DNA of 63,536 bases, the filler included, from Octopus bimaculoides (lineage: Eukaryota), in NCBI RefSeq assembly GCF_001194135.2. It is 5 parts of 5 records of this genome, joined end to end, with 100 filler letters (N's around TTAATTAATTAA, not from the genome) between each part and the next. Parts side by side here need not be neighbours in the genome. Positions count along the whole stretch, not along the records: positions 37,885 to 53,818 come from NC_068985.1; positions 53,919 to 60,551 come from NC_068996.1; positions 60,652 to 63,536 come from NC_068999.1; 2 more parts are not named here. One strand, given 5' to 3'. Numbering within the stretch: position 1 is the first letter of the stretch; each line of letters opens with the position of its first letter. The position numbers were made by a program, and so were the translations under genes. Shown in pieces: positions 50,926-63,327 of this stretch. Under the pieces are notes generated by a model. It ran no database searches. It saw only the letters and a list, made by a program, of their open reading frames with translations, and was not told where the DNA came from.

Positions 50926-51697
50926 GCGTCTCCACATTGCATTTCAAAATTATTTGTCTCGTTTTTACGTTCTGGTTTCCAATCTTTACCGGTTGACATT
51001 GATTCTCATTCTTCGGATTTGTGTCATATGAAGTAACTAATGCACTGTAGGAGATAAAATGTACTACGAGTCTGTCTTTGAGCAAAGCTGAATGCCAACA
51101 ATATCCTAGAGCTCTAGAGCAAAAAAATGATTTGACGACTTCTTTAGTACAAAGCCAGTAAAATTGTATTATCAAACATTAATGATCTCCAATAATGCCA
51201 AATCAGCACATACTTTCACGCACATCTGATTATTTGCTCACACATACATAGTTACTCTCTGTCTCTCTCTCTCCGTAAAAATGAAGTCAATTATGAAATA
51301 AAATGCTTCTGAAAGAGACGTAAATCTTAATCGGCGACACGATTTCAACTATACCAGGTTGTATAGTGCAAATATATTATTGCTGCTGATTCTTTTGATA
51401 ACAATGTCGATGGCAATGTTTGTGATGAGATTTTGTAGTAGTGGTAGTGGTAACAGTTGTGATAATTATCTAAATACCATAGTTTATTACCCGTTCGATA
51501 ATCGTAATAATTATCCGAAATATTAAATCCGAAGAACCTATATTCATAATATCTTAAATATTATCTCGATTAATATGTACAAGCCAGTATTGCGAAGAGT
51601 ATATGATTGCTTAGTCTGCTGTTGCTGCCTGCGTTATCATTTTAACAGTTTTGTATGCAATTCGCTGTATCTAGCCTCATCTTTGTGAATAGTTTAC

Positions 51698-51784
51698 AGT
51701 CGTCACTGAGAGAATTCTGACGTTTTATCTTTGACGATAAGCACTTTCGGTAATACATTCCAGATATATTTCTAAATTCTTTAT
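51698..51784 (-). CDS. Candidate 87-nt exon, phase 1-1, (D)KEFRNISGMYYRKCLSSKIKRQNSLSDD
   Basis: Strong acceptor gtaatatttctcatttag and moderate donor ACT|GTAAAC. Only one frame is open. Confidence 0.3.
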
Positions 51785-52309
51785 CTAAATGAGAAATATT
51801 ACACATGAAGTGATAAATAGTGTTTATGTGCACGGCAAATAATCAATAACAGAATAAGCATAATATTCAAAAATATTGCAAGAAGACCCCAACGGCTACT
51901 GTTACAGTATTTAAACATTTTTGGAGGAATAGTTTACGAACCCCACTTCATCAATAATTACATTGCAGTAATAAGTTATCAAATTAATATGAAAGCTTAT
52001 GGAACTAAAAAATCAAGGACAGAGTATATATTTTATTTAGATATTCAATATATACTAAAGTAACAAAGTGAAAGGTTAGAAAACAAATTAATATTTTACA
52101 ATTTAGGAGCCGTGTGCTCCTGGAAAATTTATACTTTTTTAAGTATTCGAGATCGAATGTCACGTGTGTATTATGTTTAAAATTTGATTCTAATATTACA
52201 TAATATCAAACTAAGCCGTTAGGAACATTCACTATTATATTAATTGCTGTAGACTGAATTTAAGGTATGTATTGAATGTCTGCGACACTTGTTTACGAAC
52301 ACCGCACTG

Positions 52310-52875
52310 AAACCACTTCTACATGAACTATCTGAGAAAGTTGTTGAAAATCATTTGGCAAGACAAGGTACCACATAGGGAGGTCCTCTCTCAAGCTGAT
52401 CTGTCAGGTATTTACACATTGCTGAGGAGAGCGCAAGTCAAGTGGGCAAGTCACCTTGTTCAAAAGGCTGACTCACGACTCCCCAAAGATTTTTACAGCG
52501 AACTGGCAGAAGGAAAGCGCATACAAGGTGGACAGAAAATAATGCTTCACAGATACTCACAAATTCTTAGTAGAGTGTTTTCACGTCAACACCGGCACTT
52601 GGGAAATTCAAGCACAGGACCGCCCAGCCTAGCGTAGCTGAACCAACAAAAGTACCACCTCCTACGCACAGAACATGATCGCAGGAGTACAAAGAAAGCG
52701 TGAGCTGCGCAAGTCCAGAGCCAATTCCTTGCCTTCATTCCCTGCAGCCCACTAGTTTCCGACCTCTAGCAGTGCCTTCCTAGCACGCGTCGGACTGCTC
52801 GGCCACAACGTGAGCCGTCTTCTTCACCCATGTGTTGTTCTTAGTTTTCGTCAACAGCGACAGGTGAACATTATC
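52310..52875 (+). mobile_element. RTE (BovB-like) LINE 3' end, degenerate
   Basis: LRKLLKIIWQDKVP..EVL...AQVKWASHL...RLPK..YSELAEGKR..GGQK. Confidence 0.8.
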
Positions 52876-52914
52876 ATTATTAAGTAAGAGAGCAACGGGT
52901 GAACATTATCTTTA

Positions 52915-53430
52915 TTATTATTGAATGAGAGAGCAATACATGCCATCAAAGTGACACCTAGGTACAAACATACAAATCCTAATATATCCAGCATGACTAC
53001 CCGTCTGATAAGGGTACACTAGGCATATACATCACACCCGTATACACACGACACAGTGATCTTATATCAATATAAAAAGCACATGACCTTGTAGGTGGGG
53101 CTTGTAAGGTTAGACTTTTCTTGAGATCGAGTAGTCCATCCAGCTTAAAAGGTACTTTTGTTTAAAGATATTGAACGAAAATCCCATGTTTCCAGGGGTT
53201 ATTCGAACCCCAAAGAATTCATCTCAACACATGGCTATGAAGCTTCCCATAAGACTTCTGTTCGTGATCAGAGATGCATATATTTTCAGCCACTAAGGGA
53301 CATGCTCAACTAATTAAGGTCAAACAACCGACGAAGCAAATCCACAGTACTGAGCAAAATATTTGCTGTAGCCCTTCTTTTACACAGAGAGAAAAGCATG
53401 TACATGATAAAACTTTCAATCACTTAAGAT
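52915..53430 (-). mobile_element. Third, more diverged copy of the ~0.5 kb retroposon family
   Basis: Similar to 4430-4930. Confidence 0.75.
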
Positions 53431-53472
53431 CAGCAGACATGAGAGTCTCTGCCTGAAACTACGTCAGGGCAT

Positions 53473-53818
53473 TATTATTATTATTATTATTATTGTTCAG
53501 TAGTTTTATTTTTATAACGTGCTTTCACTTCACTACCGAGCGCAACTCTGTGCGCCTTGGGTATGTGCTGTGGTTTGCTGTGGTGCTCTTATGTTTACTG
53601 TATTGAAAGTGTTTTGCGTAGAATGTGTGCAGTACCCAGTAGTGCAATTTTCTGTATGTTATATATATTTGTAAGTCCTGGTGTTTTTGTTATGTATTTG
53701 TCTGAATATTTTTTTATTATACCTAAGGCACCTACTATGATAGGAATTGTTTCTGTTTTTAGATTCCACATTCCACATTCCAGGTCTTTGTATTTTGAAA
53801 GTTTTTCCATTTCTTTTA
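53473..53818 (-). mobile_element. R4/Dong-like LINE 3' end with short UTR and (AAT)n tail
   Basis: EKLSKYKDL...W...TIPIIVGALG...IQKIALLGTAHILRK. Confidence 0.8.
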
Positions 53819-53918
53819 NNNNNNNNNNNNNNNNNNNNNNNNNNNNNNNNNNNNNNNNNNNNTTAATTAATTAANNNNNNNNNNNNNNNNNNNNNNNNNN
53901 NNNNNNNNNNNNNNNNNN

Positions 53919-53971
<53 letters not shown>

Positions 53972-54132
53972 GTATAGATAGATAGATAGATAGATAGATA
54001 TCTATATAATATTTATACAAATACACAAGTACACACACATTTTAATGATTTACATACACATATATATGATTGACCGTTGACTGAACACTATTCAATTTTT
54101 TTTTCTCCGTGTTTTTCTCCTTGTCTCCGTAT

Positions 54133-54169
54133 TCTTTCTGTTGAAGAGCGTAGCTCGAAACGTCAAAGA
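54133..54169 (+). ncRNA. Minimal hammerhead-like motif with variant core CUGUUGA and GUC site
   Basis: TCTTT-CTGTTGA-A-GAGC-GTA-GCTC-GAAA-CGT-C-AAAGA, with perfect stems I and II. Confidence 0.6.
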
Positions 54170-54262
54170 CTTTCCGTATTCCCGAGCGTCATACTAATAC
54201 ATCCTTTTGTTATTTACACCACATGTCCTCGTCTGTTGTTGTTTTTTCGTATATTCTCTCAC

Positions 54263-54293
<31 letters not shown>

Positions 54294-54344
54294 NNNNNNN
54301 NNNNNNNNNNNNNNNNNNNNNNNNNNNNNNNNNNNNNNNNNNNN

Positions 54345-54345
54345 N

Positions 54346-54398
<53 letters not shown>

Positions 54399-54600
54399 TT
54401 GTGTGCCTGTGTTTCTCCCCCACCCCATCATTTGACAATCGATGATGGTGTGTTTACGTCCCCGTAACCTAGTGGTTAGGCATAAGTGACCGATAGAATA
54501 AGTACTAGGCTTATAAAGTATAAGTCCTGGAGTCGATTTGTTCGACTAAAGGTGGTGCTCCAGCATGGCTGCAGTCAAGTGACTGAAACAAATAAAAGAA
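54345..54600 (+). mobile_element. SINE family B 3' half (a similar half lies at 47455-47635)
   Basis: Matches the family tail. Confidence 0.8.
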
Positions 54601-55274
54601 TTTATATATATAACATTTTCTCCTCTCTTACTATTTCTCTTTTTATATTCATTGAGGATTTCTTCTATGCGTTACCCAAGACCCTTGTGTTTGGCCGAAA
54701 GGGTTTATTTATTGTGTCTTTGTCAATCCTTTCAAATTACATTTGTTTACTTTTGTGCGAACACCCTGTATTGTTTTGTTTACTCGAGCCCTAATACTCC
54801 GCAAACTTTCCAGGTGCCGCCGACACACGAAGTTCTCTGTCTTAAAGGTNNNNNNNNNNNNNNNNNNNNNNNNNNNNNNNNNNNNNNNNNNNNNNNNNNN
54901 NNNNNNNNNNNNNNNNNNNNNNNNNNNNNNNNNNNNNNNNNNNNNNNNNNNNNNNNNNNNNNNNNNNNNNNNNNNNNNNNNNNNNNNNNNNNNNNNNNNN
55001 NNNNNNNNNNNNNNNNNNNNNNNNNNNNNNNNNNNNNNNNNNNNNNNNNNNNNNNNNNNNNNNNNNNNNNNNNNNNNNNNNNNNNNNNNNNNNNNNNNNN
55101 NNNNNNNNNNNNNNNNNNNNNNNNNNNNNNNNNNNNNNNNNNNNNNNNNNNNNNNNNNNNNNNNNNNNATATATATATATATATATATATATATAAATTC
55201 AAATTACGATAAACATAAACAAACAAACGAAGTTTGCTTTTAGAAGCGTTGAGATGTCTTAGAAAGTTAAAGAA

Positions 55275-55456
55275 GTGATTTTGAATTCTCAGTCGTAGGA
55301 TAATGCTAATAACATAGCTTGAACAGGATAAACTACCCCTATTTTGCAGAAAAGTGTAGGCGGTTAGAACCACCTACACTTTTTTCTGCAAAATAGGGGT
55401 AGTTTATCCTGTTCAGGCTATATTATTAGCATTATCCTGCGATTGAGAATTTAAAA

Positions 55457-55460
<4 letters not shown>
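55275..55460. repeat. Near-perfect palindrome with 86/88-nt arms and a 12-nt loop
   Basis: The arms differ by 5 substitutions and a 2-nt indel. Confidence 0.9.
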
Positions 55461-55509
<49 letters not shown>

Positions 55510-55899
55510 GTTCACAGATGAGATCCAGAGGATTTCAGTATAGAAGACATTTAGTTGTGCTCAAATAATTCAAACTTAGACTCCGATTGTCTTTACAGGG
55601 GATCATTTGCACGCGGTAAAGAATGGTTATAAGAGAGATCAAGTTGATCAGTTATGGAGGCAATTATGCGGATAAACAAATTAGATGTATTAAATATGAC
55701 AGTTCGGGTATGAAACTACATCTACCAACATCATTATGTATTTCCGAGTCCCCTGAAACAGCTGTTGGGCATATAACACATTTCCTATGTCTCTTTAATT
55801 CTTTCTGATGTTTGTACTTGTGTAAGTTAGATCTATTAATATAAATATCTATATATTCATACTTAAATATTCATCTTCTGAAAGTCTCCACTTTCTACT

Positions 55900-56640
55900 T
55901 TCATTTTGCATCACTTACCTGATATTTTTTTCTAATATTCGAGTATAAACCAGCATGATCGTCAGGTAACTGTTTCCATATTGGTTTAATATAAATTGAA
56001 TGAGGTTAATATTTTCTTTATCTATTTAGGTAAATGAATTATGTTTTCATTGGCTAGCTTGTATTGTTTTATTAAGGCATTTTCTATGTCGTCGTTTCAT
56101 TTTCTTGTCTGCTGCTCTAGTTAATATTTTTCGACATTGCTTCTGTCTATCTGTATATTGTTTTCAAACCTTGCTTTGTTTTATCTTACAGAAACTCTAA
56201 TGTAAATGTTCATATGTTTATCATTTTTTTTGCTTAAATTCAGCAGTTGTCCTGTCTCAGCTTATGTATTATATAACCGTATCCAGTTTGGCTTAACTGA
56301 GCTCTGCCTTGCCTTAGTTATTTGTATATTTATGAATTATTTTCACGGACCTGTCTATCAATTACATCGTTTTCAAATCCCATTTTGTGATTTAGTATGT
56401 GAAGTTTTGCAAAGATGTTTTTGATAGACTGTGGTGGGGTGCGTTTGATATAATGTTGAATTTTTTAGCTCTCTGATGGATAATTTTTCTATTCGGTTAT
56501 TTTGTCGAGTTGCTTCTGTTGGTATTTTTCTTCCATCTCAGCAATTGCCCCTGATTTTCGTCGTTGGACATTTAACTTGTTTACATTCTGTACAATATTT
56601 TGAAAATGAATTCATTCCGGTGTCTACAATATGATATTAT
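55900..56640 (-). mobile_element. Highly degenerate Penelope-like remnant
   Basis: LEQQTRK...IENALIKQYKLANENIIHLP resembles the PLE endonuclease C-terminus. A hammerhead remnant lies at its 3' side. Confidence 0.4.
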
Positions 56641-56839
56641 GTCATTCCTTTCAGTTAAGCAAGCTTGCTAATTCCTACGTTACACAGAGAACATAACCTG
56701 CACAAACTTTTGCAAGTATTAGCGATCTCTGTTTGTTATCCAAGATATTATTCTCCCATATGTGAGAAGTGTACTTTGACCGAAATATTGCTTTTTATGG
56801 ATATGGATTTCAACGCACATATGCATATATTCATATGTA

Positions 56840-56886
<47 letters not shown>

Positions 56887-56891
56887 ATTTA

Positions 56892-57741
56892 TATTGGGTC
56901 ATCCCATAAGTAATGCGGTTTTTAAACTTTTATTTTTCAAAATTATGATAAGCAAAGTTCTTTCTTTCATGTAAAACATGCTCTTCTTCATTTTTTATAA
57001 TGCTCTTCCAAATATCTGGAAGACTTGCAAAGCCCCTCTTCCGAAATTCACTTGTTTGTGACGAAAAAGACTCCTCCAATATTGTTCTGACCTCGTCTAC
57101 AGAATTCATATTTTTTCCGTCCAAATGATTTTGAAGACTGCGAAATAAATGATAATCAGATGGGGCAAAGTCCGGCGAATATGGTGGGCGGGGCATCATT
57201 TCCCATTCAACCTGCTCCAATCTTTCGAATGTCATCCTTGCTTCCTAATGGAAGAACATCTTTCGTCTTGAAACCAAAGATGATCGTTTTTCTTCTAGCA
57301 CTGGCTTGAATGACAGGTTGAATGACCAAATCCAAGCTTCTCTGCCAGTTCCTCAACAGTTACGACGGAATATTGTTCCACTAGGGTTTGCAAGACGTCC
57401 TCATTGGGCTCTACAGATCTAGGATGAAGCTCATCTTCTAGGCTGTAGTTTCCGGCTCGGAATTTCTGAAACCAGCGTTGACACTGGCTTAGCTTATTGT
57501 CTGATCCCCATATACTGTATTAATATTCCTTCCACTTTCCGTTACCTTTATTGCCTTTATTGAACTCATGAAGCAAAGTATGCCGAAGATGCTCCTTTGT
57601 CGCTCCCATAATAACTTTGAAAAAACACTCTTCAAAACTTACACTAAGAATAAGTACAAGGCAAAATTACTACCTGCTTTTATAGCAAGTTGATGCATGT
57701 AGTTTATCCCGTGTCCCTCCGACTTTTAGGTCATGCAAAGG
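56892..57741 (-). mobile_element. Internally deleted mariner element
   Basis: TIR at 56892 and translation PPYSPDFAPSDYHLFRSLQNHL, the mariner catalytic motif. Confidence 0.9.
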
Positions 57742-58069
57742 AAGTCTAACTCCTCAGTTGTCGACAGCTTATTACTACCCGTTTCGAGCTTTCAACGACA
57801 AGACAGGAGAACTTCATAAGACAGCAGCCTCCCAGACGTCACCCATTACAATTCGTCTTGACCTAACGGCCCTTAATGTTTGTCTTCGACGATTGTTTCC
57901 TATGTATATCCACTTTGGTTTCCTTTGTTCGTCGAAGCCCTAAATCTTCATAAATTTTAAATTGTTAAAATTTCTGGATGCTTCTGTCTTATGAAGCTTT
58001 CCTGTTTTGTCGTTGAAAGCTCGAAACAGATAGTAATAAACAGTCGACAACTGAGGAGGAGTTAGACTT
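57742..58069. mobile_element. Fold-back/MITE-like element with ~90-bp inverted arms
   Basis: 57742-57829 is the reverse complement of ~57978-58069, with about 10 differences. Confidence 0.8.
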
Positions 58070-58279
58070 TTTCTGGTATTTTTTCCTGTACTTATCTCTG
58101 TCTGTTTACGCATTTTTCACTCGTTGGTGATGTCCTGTACTTAATGTGTATTTTTAATTATATGTATATTTGTGTGTCTGTATATATATATGTATATATA
58201 TATATATATATNNNNNNNNNNNNNNNNNNNNNNNNNNNNNNNNNNNNNNNNNNNNNNNNNNNNNNNNNNNNNNNNNNNN

Positions 58280-58322
<43 letters not shown>

Positions 58323-58854
58323 AAAGAGAGAGAGGGAGCGACAGACAGAGAGTCGATAACGAATTAAAAGCAGCACTAGTGGTATAAATATTATCGATTG
58401 CACATACTCAATGTGTGTATTTTGCTTGTCCGCCGGATTCGCTGCGAGTTAGCGTTTAGAGACGGCTCTTGTTAAGGCTGCGTGTTAAAACACCTGAAAA
58501 GCATAGACAAGCGAAATAACTCACCTCGCATCGAATTCAAGAGTGTAAGATACTGATATTTCACCGTTTTTGTAGCCTATCAACATCACGAACCTGAGTG
58601 GAACTAGGGACAAATCGAAGCACCAGTTTATGACTATTTAATATAATAAACAGAGTTAGAACTATTTGCTGATGTGCCACTATAATTAAAGAATCTTGGA
58701 AGAAGTCTGCGAAAACGAATACTGGGGGTAACATTGCTGAATCATGGAATGAATTAAAGTCCTCAATCTTGAATGATGTTTGGAAAAATATATGGCCTGG
58801 CTACATCCGTGATTTTACAATTTTTCCACAAGCAGAAAATCTACATTAGGCGCA

Positions 58855-59061
58855 GGAGTTGCTGTGTTGATAGGCACAGGAGTGGGTGTGTGGATAGGCA
58901 CAGGAGTGGCTGTGTGATAAATAGCTTGCTTACCAACCTCATGGTTCCGGGTTCAGTCCCACTGCGTGGCACCTTGGGCAAGTGTCTTCTACTATAGCCT
59001 CGGGCCGACCGAAGACTTGTGAGTGGATTTGGTAGGCGGAAACTGAAAGAAGCCCGTCGTA

Positions 59062-59142
<81 letters not shown>

Positions 59143-59360
59143 ATGTGTTTGTGAGTCTGTTTTGTCCTCCCCCAACATCGCTTGACAACCGATGCTGGCG
59201 TGTTTACGTCCCTGTAAACTAGCAGTTCGGCAAAAGAGACTGATAGAATAGTACTAGGCTTACAAAGAATAAGTCCTGGGGTCGATTTACTCGACTAAAG
59301 GCGGTGCTCCAGCATGGCCGCAGTCAAATAACTGAAACAAGTAAAAGTGTAAAAGAGTAA
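58855..59360 (+). mobile_element. SINE family B, full length, with triplicated head
   Basis: A/B boxes, internal (TA)n(TG)n, and the standard tail. Confidence 0.9.
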
Positions 59361-60332
59361 AATTAAATTCAGGAAGTGATTCCGACATTTGCAAATGATT
59401 TGAGATGTCTTTCAAGATGATATGCTACTATTGTTGCTTTCGTTTATCCCTTAATCAGCCGTCATCGATCAAAGACCTCTGATCGAAGGCATTCCATACA
59501 TTCAAGCGTAACGTGCATCTCACAGTTCGTTATCATTAAAAATGCACGATGTGATTTTTAATTACTTTAATTGCTATTTTTAGCAATATAGTTCATACAT
59601 AAATGTTCACGCGTTTCTTTTTCGTTTTATTTTTTTTTTAAAGCCCTCAACAAGGAAGTAAATTAATTGGAAGACATTTCAGTCATGATCTTAACGTATA
59701 TTATTCCGACATTTTTTTTTATTTTCGTAGGAATAACAATCTCTAATGTGCTCTTCCGTTTTATATGAAACTTTAAATAGATTTACTATTCTATTTTGCT
59801 TTTATTTTTGTATTTTTTTCATACAGCACAAACTATTGCATAAATAGGAATTCCCACACTCACTGGTCGTTTTTTTTTTTTATACCCTTATGTTTAGTTA
59901 ACTGGGTGGTGAGCTCAAATAATCAAGAGAATTAACTGAAAATAAAATCCCAAACTGAAGTTGATACAAAGTTCAGTCACACTTGCGGAAATCTTTAGGG
60001 AAATTAATAAGGAAATGTAGATGTTTAAAAGCAAAGTTCTCGTGGTTACAATAATGGGTGTGACGACGGATACGATTCCATGAGAAATCGAAAATTCTGG
60101 CATTAAAATTTTAATTTAAATTTTGCACTTATTTTGCTCGGTATCAAAGTCTTAATGCTCAAATATGGTGTAATAATGAGAATGTCAACTATTTAGGTCG
60201 ATTTTCTATACATGATATGTGTATATGTGTGTTTGTGTGTGTTTATTTGTGTTTCTTTGTAGGTGTGTGTGTGTGCTTGTGCGTGTGTGTATGTATGTTT
60301 GTGTGTGTGTGCAAGAGTAGACAACCCTACAC

Positions 60333-60346
<14 letters not shown>

Positions 60347-60401
<55 letters not shown>

Positions 60402-60452
60402 CGGATGGGCGGACGGACGGACGGACGGATGGATGTATGGATGGATGCATGG
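60347..60452. repeat. (GATA)n grading into (GGAC)n/(GGAT)n
   Basis: Direct reading of the sequence. Confidence 0.95.
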
Positions 60453-60859
60453 ACAAAAAGACAGACGGTCAGACAGACACTAAAACAGGCAGATAGAAAG
60501 TTAGATAGATAGATAGGCAGACAGGCATATATATATATATATATATATATANNNNNNNNNNNNNNNNNNNNNNNNNNNNNNNNNNNNNNNNNNNNTTAAT
60601 TAATTAANNNNNNNNNNNNNNNNNNNNNNNNNNNNNNNNNNNNNNNNNNNNAAAACACCAAAAATATGCAATGAAATCAAGTAAGAATAGCTTGATTCAT
60701 CTCTCTGTATTTTGGCTACACATTTTATCAATCGATGCAGAGGTTGCTCATAGAAAAAAAAAAAAGAAACAAAAAATAGAAGAAAATAATATTTTGTTTA
60801 TTTTGTTTTGTTTTGAGTTTATTTGGAATTTTTCTGGAAAAGGTGATAAATTTACTATT

Positions 60860-61235
60860 ACTATTATTATTATTTTTATCATCATCATCATTATCATTAT
60901 TATCATCATCATCATCATCATTATTATCATCATCATTATTATCATTATTATTATTATTATTATTATTATCATTTTTATCATGCTAATTGTCATCAACTTT
61001 TTTATTACTATTACTATTATTAATACCAATATTACTTTTACTATAATTATTCAAAAGACCATTATTATTATCATTAACATCATGATTGCTGTTGTTATGA
61101 GTTCTGTTATTGTCATTATTGATATTAGTATTATCATTGTCACTGTTTTTTATTATTATTATTTTATCCATCATCATAATTGTCAGGAATACCACTAGCA
61201 TCATCACTATTATTATTCTCATTATCAAAATCACA
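60860..61235. repeat. Degenerate (ATT)/(CAT) low-complexity tract
   Basis: Direct reading of the sequence. Confidence 0.9.
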
Positions 61236-61959
61236 ATTGAGCACTGGGGTCGAAGATACAGTCTGGCTGCCTTCCCTGAATTTGCTGGCCTTGTGCCAAA
61301 ATCTTAAACAATTATTATTGTTGTCATTGTTGCTGTACAGGCTCTTGCTTAAACATTCCACTGTCTCTGCTTCCTTTAAATACATTTATCAACAATCAGA
61401 TCAGGGAATATATTTCTGGGTATTCTTTAAATTGATATTCCTTTACTAAAAGGAAGTTTAAAACAAAAAAGAATTATGATTATTACAATGTTTGAATTTT
61501 GCATATTGGCAACGAGTGAAGTTCAAGTCTCACCCAGAGACCTTCAGAAACAGAAATGAACATTCCAAGTTTGTAATATAAATGGAATGGTTGATAACTG
61601 CCATGTTTTCAGAATAAAATGTAATTCAGTGAGAGAGATTTGTGTTTACTACTACTACTAGTAGTAGTAGTAGTAGCAACAGTAGTAGTAGTAGTAAAGT
61701 TGTAATATGATAATGTTGAATTGATGTAGCTTGGAATTCGTGAAAGTCATCTTTAATATTCTAATGACAATAGCTGTCCACCGTTTCTTCTCTGCACTCA
61801 CGTGGCACCACCTGTTGGTGTTGTTGTCATTGTTGAAGGGCGTCATCATAATTGTATATGAAAATATCAATTAGTTATTGACCTAATAACATTGATAACA
61901 GTTCCTGTGATGTTCTGTGAGCAATATCCAGTTGTGGCTGTCAGTCAGAGCTAACAGAG

Positions 61960-62560
61960 CTGTCGTATTATGTGTTCATATGTGTTAATAAATACATGTG
62001 TGTGTATGTGTGTGTGTATGTGTGTGTATGTGTATAAAAATGTGCGTGTGTGTGTGCATATATATATGTATGTATATATGTGTGTGTTAATAAATACATG
62101 TGTGTGTATGCCTATAAAAATGTGCGTGTATGTGTGTGTGCATATATATATATGTATATATGTGTTAATAGATATATTTGTTTGTGTGTGTATGTGTATA
62201 AGAATGTGTATGTGTGTGTGCATATATATATGTATACATATATATGTGTTAATAGATATATGTGTATTTGTGTATAAAAATGTGTGTGTGCATATATATA
62301 TGTATATATATGTATATATGTGTTAATAGATACATGTGTGTTTGTATATAAAAATGTGTGTGTATGTGTGTGTGCACATATATATGTATATATGTGTTAA
62401 TAGATATATTTGTTTGTGTGTGTATGTGTATGTGTGTGTGCATATATATATGTATACATATATATGTGTGTTAATAGATATGTGTATTTGTGTATAAATA
62501 TGTGCGTGTATGTGTGTGTGTGTGTGCATATATATATGCATATATATATGTGTTAATAGT
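61960..62560. repeat. Complex TG/TA minisatellite with recurring gtgttaata(a/g)ata and tataaaaatgtg anchors
   Basis: Direct reading of the sequence. Confidence 0.85.
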
Positions 62561-62799
62561 TATCACCTATTTAATTAAGCAATGCTTCTAATATTTCAAG
62601 TGTTTCTCTAAAAAGACTGTTTTGTAGTTGTAGTGAATGTTTCTTACATAGATACCTAAATGTGATAAGTTTGACCAGGTTGATGATGATGATGATGATG
62701 AAAGCAGAAACATTTCATAACACACACACACATACCCATAATCTCATGCACACCCACATGCAGTGACAAAGGAGGCCATATTCTTCTACTTTTTTTACA

Positions 62800-63300
62800 T
62801 GGCAGTCTCACGAGTGCTTTAGACTACCAGCAGGATTGGTCTTAAAATTTCTGCTGTGGGATACAAGTCTTCTCGAGTATGGTTTCCAGGTATTTTTGTT
62901 CTTTGTCATCTCACTAGTAAGGTTCAGCTTTCTGAGATTGTTCTTCAGTACTTCATCCCATGTTTTCCTCGATCTCCCACTTCCACGTGTTCCACCCACT
63001 TTGAGAGATCAGCACTTCTTTATGACACTGTCAGCATCCATCCACTTCACATGAGCAAACAAGCATACTAGCCTCGTTCTTTTCTAACTGCCACATGTCC
63101 TCTGCATTCAGGGCCCACATCTCACTACCATGTAGAATTTCTGTCCATATACATGCATTATACAATCTTCGTTTCCCTCCAAGAGAGAAACCTTTCATGG
63201 CCAACAGAGGTAAAAAGCTCTCCGAATTTCCTCCATCTTATTATTATGTTAGCTGTCAAACTCTCCCCGCACCCTCCCCCACTACTAAGGTACCACCAAG
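62800..63300 (-). mobile_element. RTE LINE C-terminal fragment
   Basis: GTRGSGRSRKTWDEVLKNNL, same family as 25349-25723. Confidence 0.8.
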
Positions 63301-63327
63301 GTAACCAAAATTATCTATTACCTCTAA

